In this document: positions 22,105-27,715 of the stretch, one piece after another | How positions within the stretch are numbered: position 1 is the stretch's first letter | How the letters are laid out: each line of letters opens with the position of its first letter | Source: Neovahlkampfia damariscottae | Lineage: Eukaryota | Length of the DNA: 27,715 nucleotides | Assembly (NCBI GenBank): GCA_016618085.1 | Contig: JABLTG010000024.1 | Span: 124,001-151,715, forward strand | Direction: 5' to 3' | Notes under the pieces: model-generated | Seen by the model: the letters and a program-made list of their open reading frames with translations, nothing else | The model's database searches: none | What the model was told of the DNA's origin: nothing | Program-made: the position numbers and the translations under genes

Positions 22105-23397
22105 ATGCTGAAAACAATTGTCAAAAAAACTGTTACACTAGTACGTTACTTTAACAAAATGTCTTCTTTACCAACAATTTGCGTTTGTGGTGGTGGTAGT
22201 GGTTCACATGTTACTGCTGGTAAAAAAACAAAAAATTTAACACAACAATAAAAAGGATACCTTGGAAATAAAGGATATAAAGTGAATGTTCTCACAAGAC
22301 AACCTGAAAAATGGAATGAAGGAATTCAAAAAAATGGAGGTATGATTGTTCATACAAGAAAAAATGGAGAAACAGAAATGTCCAAAGTTGTCGGAAAAAT
22401 AAACAAAGTTTCTTCTGATGCAAAAGAAGTTGCACCTGAAGCAGATGTCTTTTTATTAGGTGGACCTGCACACGCGAATCCAGATTTACTTGCTAAAATT
22501 GCACCTTATGTTAAGAAAGGAGCTTTTGTTGGAGCTTTATACGGACAAGGAGGATTTGACTGGGCAGCAAGAGCTTTACTCAAAGAAAAATACTCAGATG
22601 TTGTTGTTTTCGCATTACAACACATTCCATGGATTTGTACAAAAATAGTTTATGGACAAGAAGTCAGAATGATTGGACCAAAAAAAAAATTATCAGTTTC
22701 TTGTATTCCAATTAGCAAAGGAGAAGAAGTAGCTAAATTATGTACAGATTTATTTGACATTAACACAGTTACAATTCCAAATTTTCTTTGTTTGACTTTA
22801 ACACCTTCAAATCAAATCATTCATCCTGCTAGATACTATGGAATCTTTAAAGATTGGGATGGAAAGAAAACCTATGATCCAAAGAGTATTCCAATGCTTT
22901 ATGAAGGTATGGATGATTTTTCATCAGACAGACTTCAATTATTGAATGATGAACTTCAAGCAATCAAAAAAGCTTTTGAAAAGAGATATCCAAAACTTGA
23001 TTTATCAGAAGTAAAAGAAATTGGAGAAAGAATTATTGAACAATATGGTTCAGATGTCTCAGATACTTCTTCTTTAAAAATGATTTTTCAATCAAACAAA
23101 GGTTATCAAACAGTTAAAACTCCGGTAAAAGTAGTTGAAGGTGGTGTTATTCCAGTTGTTGATTCACGTTTTTTTGTTGAAGATTTACCTTTTGGACTTT
23201 GCATTTTAAGAGATTTAGCAGATATGTTGGATGTTAAAGTACCAATTGTTTCAGAATCAATTGAATGGTTTCAACAATTTATGAATAAGGAATATTTAAA
23301 GAATGGTGAATTAAATCAAGAACTTATTGGTGAAACTGGTACTCCAAGAAAATATGGTTTTACAGATTTGGATGATTTAGTTAAAGACTATTTTTAA
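22105..23397 (+). CDS. NAD-dependent opine (octopine/tauropine-type) dehydrogenase, 2 exons; alternative in-frame start at 22159
   Basis: Rossmann start ICVCGGGSGSHVTAG, GALYGQGGFDW, NQIIHPARYYG, SRFFVEDLPFGL; intron 22220-22255. Confidence 0.88.
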
Positions 23398-23522
23398 ATT
23401 TTGAATAAATTTTGATTATCTTTCTTTTGTTTCAAAGTTAACATGGTTCACGATGTTCGAATGGACCATTATACAACAAAATTTTATTAACAAAATTTAA
23501 TTTGAAAAAAATTGGGAATTCT

Positions 23523-24590
23523 TTAGATACCCGGATTATTTTCATCAATATTATTTTCACTTGAAAAAGTAAAGTTAAACATAACATTATATGCAGAAAT
23601 TTCTCTGATGAATTTGAAATATTGTTTTGATTTCCATTCAATTTCTTTGTCCTCTTTTAATTCTTTGGATGCATATTCAAATGAAGTGGCATTCTGTTTT
23701 ACTGCCTCTAAAACTATTTTTTTAACATTTTGTAATTCCTCTGATGCATATTCAAGTGAATAACCATCAAGTTTCACTGCTTTCAAAATGAATTGTTTAT
23801 CCTTTTTTAATTCTTTGGATGCATATTGAAGTGAATAACCATCCTGTTTAACTGCTTCCAAAACTATTTCTTTATCATTTGTTAATCCTTTGACCACATA
23901 TTGAAGTGAACAACCATCCTGTTTAACTGCTTCCAAAACTATTTCTTTATCATATTGTAATTCCTCTGATGCCCATGCAATTGCAGAACCACGTTGTTTT
24001 ACAGCTTCCAAAATGAATTGTTTATCCTTTTTTAATTCAGATGATGCATATTTTAGTGAAGTACCATCAAATTCCTGTTTTACTGCCTCCAAAACTACTT
24101 CTTTTTCATTTTGTAATTCCTTGGATGCATATTCAAGCAAATCACCATTTTGTTTTATTGCTTCCAAAACTACTTCTTTATCATTTTGTAATTCTTTGGA
24201 CACATATTGAAACGAACAATCGCCCAGTTTACGCCGTTTTAAGATTTCCAAAACAAATTTTCTATCATTTTTTAATTGCTGGGAAGCATATTGAAATGAA
24301 ATATATGCTATTTTTACTGCTTCCAAAACTACTTCTTTATCATTTTGTAATTCCTCGGATGCATATTTAAGCAAATCACCATTTTGTTTTATTGCTTCCA
24401 AAACTACTTCTTTATCATTTTGTAATTCTTTGGATGCAAATTCAAATGAAGAACAATCCTGTTTAACTGCTTCCAAAACCACTTCTTTATCATTTTGTAA
24501 CTTCTTGGGTAAATATCGAAGTGAATAACCATCATGTTTTACTGTTCTCAAAGCCTGTTGTTTTCTGGCAGCTTCTTTTTTTGTAACCAT
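23523..24590 (-). CDS. DUF4116 repeat protein
   Basis: About twelve 25-aa repeats of ELQNDKEVVLEAVKQNGxSLxYAS; intronless; CCAAT box at 24635. Confidence 0.9.
   Translation of the reverse strand: MVTKKEAARKQQALRTVKHDGYSLRYLPKKLQNDKEVVLEAVKQDCSSFEFASKELQNDKEVVLEAIKQNGDLLKYASEELQNDKEVVLEAVKIAYISFQYASQQLKNDRKFVLEILKRRKLGDCSFQYVSKELQNDKEVVLEAIKQNGDLLEYASKELQNEKEVVLEAVKQEFDGTSLKYASSELKKDKQFILEAVKQRGSAIAWASEELQYDKEIVLEAVKQDGCSLQYVVKGLTNDKEIVLEAVKQDGYSLQYASKELKKDKQFILKAVKLDGYSLEYASEELQNVKKIVLEAVKQNATSFEYASKELKEDKEIEWKSKQYFKFIREISAYNVMFNFTFSSENNIDENNPGI
23640..24540 (-). repeat. Roughly 75-bp coding tandem repeat array
   Basis: Recurring GCTTCCAAAACTACTTCTTTATCATTTTGTAATTC; near-identical blocks at about 24134-24200 and 24368-24434. 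Confidence 0.85.
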
Positions 24591-24674
24591 GTTAAATGGA
24601 AAACGCTTAAATCTGAATGGTTAAAATCAACTGTCCAATCATTAGAATTAATTTTGAACAAAGGAGAAAAACTT

Positions 24675-25425
24675 TTATTCTTTAACTTCACTGTGAACAA
24701 TATCATCAATATTGTTTTCATTTGAATTGTAAAGTTAAACATAACGTCACATGCAGAAATTTCTCTGATGAATTTAAAATATTTTTTTGATTTCCATTCA
24801 ATTTCTTTATCCTCTTTTAATTCTTCAGATGCAAATGCAAGTGCAACACAATGTTGATTTACTGCTTCCAATACTATATCTTTATCATTTTGTAATTCCT
24901 CCGATGCATATTCAAGTGAAAGACCGTTTTGTTTCACTGCTTTCAAAATGAATTGATCATCTTCTTTTATTTCTTCGGGTGCGTATTCAAGTGAATAAAC
25001 ATTTTGTTTAACTGCTTCCAAAACTACCTCTGTGTCATTTCTTAATTCCTCAGACGCAAATCGAAGAAAATAACCATTCTGTTTTACTGCTACTAAAACT
25101 ACTTCTTTATCATTTTTTAATTCCTCTGATGCATATTCAAAAAAATCAACACTATATTTTACTGCTTCCAAAATGAATCGTTTATCCTCTTTTAATTCTT
25201 TGGATACATATTCAAATGAATAACCATCCTGTTTTACTGCTTCCAAAACTATTTCTTCGTCGTTTATTAATTTATTGGATGCAAATTGAAGTGAATATCC
25301 ATCCTATTTTACTGCTTTCAAAACGACTTCTTTGTCGTTTGTAATTCCTTGGAGACATATTTGAGTGAAGCACCATTTTGTGTGACTTTTTCCAAAGCAA
25401 GTTGTTTTTCTTCTTTTGAAACCAT
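24675..25425 (-). pseudogene. DUF4116 repeat pseudogene, tandem paralog of the adjacent gene
   Basis: Starts MVSKEEKQLALEKVTQNGASLKY at 25425. One-base deletion near 25338, CAG>TAG at 25304-25306, and a second frameshift near 24725 relative to the paralog's conserved tail (EIEWKSK.YFKFIREISA..VMFNFT). Confidence 0.8.
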
Positions 25426-25710
25426 TGCAGACCAATGAATGAAATAGAAGGTAAAATACATCCAAATTCTCAAAATCTTGAAAATAACTTCTTATTTTAT
25501 CTCTGATTTTATCTGGTAATACCTGGTTTTTTTTCAACTTCGAAATGAGACGAAGCTTTATTTGTTGTAGGCAGCTGAACTGAATCCAATAAAATGAAGG
25601 AAATTGGAGTATTTTGGTTTCATGTGGAAAATTCGTTCAACAAAAGAATGAACAGCAAAATTAGAGGAGGAGCTGAATTTGAATATTTACAAAATTTATT
25701 TAAATTACAC

Positions 25711-27061
25711 TTAAAACATTAATTTTCTATAAACTGGATTATCTGTCACTGAAGCATCTAATGAAATGCAATCTTCAAATCCAACTTTTGATAAATTTTT
25801 ACAATCCAAAATTGGTGATTGTAACTTTTGAGATCCTTGAAATTCAACTTCAGCCAAGGTGGCAGATTCAATTAAAGGACTAACTAACTCATCACAAATT
25901 TTCATTTCTAAACTATTCAATTCAGGACAACCTGAAACAATTCTTCTAACTGTTGCGTCTGTGACTTGAGTCCAATTCAAAATTAATGATTTCAATTTTG
26001 GTGAACGAATATGAGGTTCTTGAATATTCCATGATCCATGAAAGTTTAAATTTTCTAAAGAATCAGAATAAATCCTTGGATATTCCAAATTAATACATTT
26101 TTGAACGTTAATCGATTTTAAAGCTGAATTGCATTCTAGAATCTTTGTAAATGTAATATCTGTAATTCTAGTGAAAGAAAGACCTAAATCTGTTAATTTC
26201 CCACATTTTAATTTCAAGTTTTCTAAATTCTTTGAGTGATCTAATAAAACTAATTGTAACTCTTCATGTTCAATTTTTGGATTTTTTAACTCGTGACAAC
26301 CTGATCAAAAAAAAAATTAAAAAAAGTGATCAAGTTAATATACCTTTTAATCTTAAAACTTTCAATTGTTTTGCTGAAAATAAAATTTCTTCTAAATCTT
26401 GATCTGTAATTTTTGTAAAACTTAAATCTAAAAATGTTAACAAAGGACATGAGAGTTTTAATGAAGTTAAATTCTTTGAATTATTTAAGTTTAGATATTC
26501 TATTGACTTTGATTCTAATGATAAACTTTTTAATTGTATCATTTGACAGAGATTGATTGCTTTTAATTTTTGATTATCCTTTACAATTTTTTGAATCAAT
26601 TTTTCATTAAACCCAGATGAGTTTGTAAAATTGATATTCTTTAAATGATTACAATCGATTATTGGTTTTAAAAGTTGTTGACAATGAGTCATTGATAAAT
26701 CTTCTAATTTTCTAAATGAAATAGTTGGATTGTTCAACATTGAACAACTTGCAACTGTCAATGTTTTCAAACCTAAAGAGTTAGTTGAATTAAAAAAGGT
26801 TTCATCATTCATATGTTTTGAAAGGATTTTCAAGTGTTCAAGGTTTTTTTTACTGTGGAAGTTTAGACTTGTTTTTGTTTACTTTTTGAGGATTTTTTCG
26901 AAAGAATAGTTACCTACAAATGATAGTGATAAAATAGAGTTATATGCTGCATTGGACCAGAGGGAATTTACAGAGGTCATAGTTTGTAAGGTTTCTTCGG
27001 TGGTGAGATAGTTAAAAACGTGTTGTAGCACTTCATCTGGAATTGTTTGAGATGAATTCAT
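25711..27061 (-). CDS. F-box/LRR-repeat protein, 3 exons
   Basis: F-box TIPDEVLQHVFNYL..MTSVNSLW; LRRs such as CPLLTFLDLSFTKITD; introns 26853-26882 and 26301-26343. Confidence 0.85.
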
Positions 27062-27139
27062 GAGCGATGTTGATCTGTTTTTTTTTGTTGAAAAACCGTT
27101 AGGAAAATTGAAGTGAGTATTTAACGTTTTTTTGGTGTT

Positions 27140-27270
27140 CAATAATTGGAGGATTTTTTCACCAATCAATTCCCCCAGAAACGAGCCAATCACCGAGTGA
27201 ATTTTCACAGAAGAAAAAAAAGAAACGGCCAATGAATTGATGGTTATTGTGATAAAAGTGGCCAATTCGA
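27140..27270. promoter_or_regulatory. Cluster of CCAAT boxes in a divergent promoter region
   Basis: ATTGG at 27145; CCAAT at 27162, 27186, 27229 and 27262. Confidence 0.55.
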
Positions 27271-27309
27271 TTTAATTTTGCCAGTTATTTTTAGAATTTT
27301 TATTTGAAG

Positions 27310-27346
27310 TTGTTCAAGTTGAACAAAAAAGACCTTTTGTTCAACT
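27310..27346. repeat. Inverted-repeat/hairpin cluster (three TTGTTCAA units; 12-bp perfect stem)
   Basis: AGTTGAACAAAA (27317-27328) pairs with TTTTGTTCAACT (27335-27346) around a 6-nt loop; a further TTGTTCAA lies at 27310-27317. Confidence 0.8.
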
Positions 27347-27379
27347 AGAAAATACTGAAAAAGATCTCAAGTATTTAAA

Positions 27380-27715
27380 ATGTCCAAACAGCTCAAATTG
27401 GATTCATTTTGGAAAGAAAAAAATGTTACTTCAACATCAACAACAGAAGTGATAAAAAAGAGAAAACTTGAAGAAACAAAAGAAACAAGAAATATGAAAT
27501 CAACATATAAACAAGGAAAAGATTCGTATCCTTTTTGGTGGACTAAAGAAAAAGAAGACATGCTACAAGTGAAAAGTATACCTTCAAGTTCTTCTTCAGT
27601 TGACAAGAATATTTGTTGGACAAAAAAGTTGGTAGAACAATCTTCATTAACAGAAGGTGTTTTATTTTCATCAAAAGATGTTCCAAAAGAAAACAAACAA
27701 GTTGTACACAAAACA
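27380..27715 (+). CDS. 5' part of an ORF running off the window; PIP box, NLS and Fanzor2/IS607-TnpB-like N-terminal segment
   Basis: 112 open codons: MSKQLKLDSFWKEKNVTSTSTTEVIKKRKLEETKETRNMKSTYKQGKDSYPFWWTKEKEDMLQVKSIPSSSSSVDKNICWTKKLVEQSSLTEGVLFSSKDVPKENKQVVHKT. The ORF is well supported; the family call is tentative because no RuvC domain is in view. Confidence 0.5.
   Translation, partial: MSKQLKLDSFWKEKNVTSTSTTEVIKKRKLEETKETRNMKSTYKQGKDSYPFWWTKEKEDMLQVKSIPSSSSSVDKNICWTKKLVEQSSLTEGVLFSSKDVPKENKQVVHKT

Noticed and set aside
1048..23397. A hypoxia/energy-sensing gene cluster (Ssn6, CBS proteins, MHYT cyclase, opine dehydrogenase)
   Set aside because: The genes are interspersed with unrelated ones and share no specific motif; a thematic link cannot be supported from sequence alone.
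24548..24674. C-terminal tail of the listed 232-aa ORF overlapping the next gene
   Set aside because: It results from a frameshift near 24725; the paralog-consistent frame stops at 24675.
3096..24725. Many short alternative-frame or antisense ORFs (e.g. 3096, 4839, 5127, 8428, 9125, 9458, 11104, 15741, 16140, 22460, 24013, 24041, 24534)
   Set aside because: They overlap well-supported genes or promoters and lack recognisable motifs.
25304..25306. TAG at a Gln position suggesting stop-codon reassignment
   Set aside because: Intact genes show no in-frame TAG/TAA, and this copy has independent frameshifts, so it is a nonsense mutation.
23640..25330. Regular ~75-bp repeats resembling a CRISPR array
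   Set aside because: The repeats are degenerate, in frame and encode DUF4116 units; there are no unique spacers or cas genes.
27062..27265. N-terminal 68-aa extension of the F-box ORF
   Set aside because: Non-ATG start running through CCAAT-rich promoter DNA; the F-box begins right after ATG 27061.
27367..27711. Listed 114-aa minus-strand ORF
   Set aside because: Antisense shadow of the + strand ORF starting at 27380, which has meaningful motifs and a good start context.

Overview
AT-rich, very gene-dense eukaryotic (protist) nuclear DNA, read with the standard code. I could place 28 tiny GT-AG introns (25-43 nt). Some intergenic gaps are only about 70 nt, and a CCAAT box lies close upstream of most start codons. 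The gene content (DUF4116 repeat proteins, a multi-RGS protein, a sensor-fused class III cyclase) suggests a heterolobosean/Naegleria-like amoeba; this is an inference. Genes in order: BTB/BACK protein (partial), a small unknown protein, Ssn6/Cyc8-type TPR corepressor, Rae1/Gle2-type WD40, a CBS protein, an internally deleted bacterial-type AAA-ATPase/PD-(D/E)XK gene, LAG1-type ceramide synthase, an RNI-like LRR protein, an MHYT-adenylate cyclase fusion, a hypothetical protein, an HSL-family hydrolase pseudogene, a large PH-SAM-RGS-pseudokinase-RGS protein, a CBS-pair protein, two tandem C2-like paralogs, an opine dehydrogenase, a DUF4116 gene plus a pseudogene copy, and an F-box/LRR protein. 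At the right edge, an ORF missing from the supplied track has a PIP box and an N-terminus resembling Fanzor2/IS607-type TnpB. All family assignments come from motif recognition by eye; no database searches were run.
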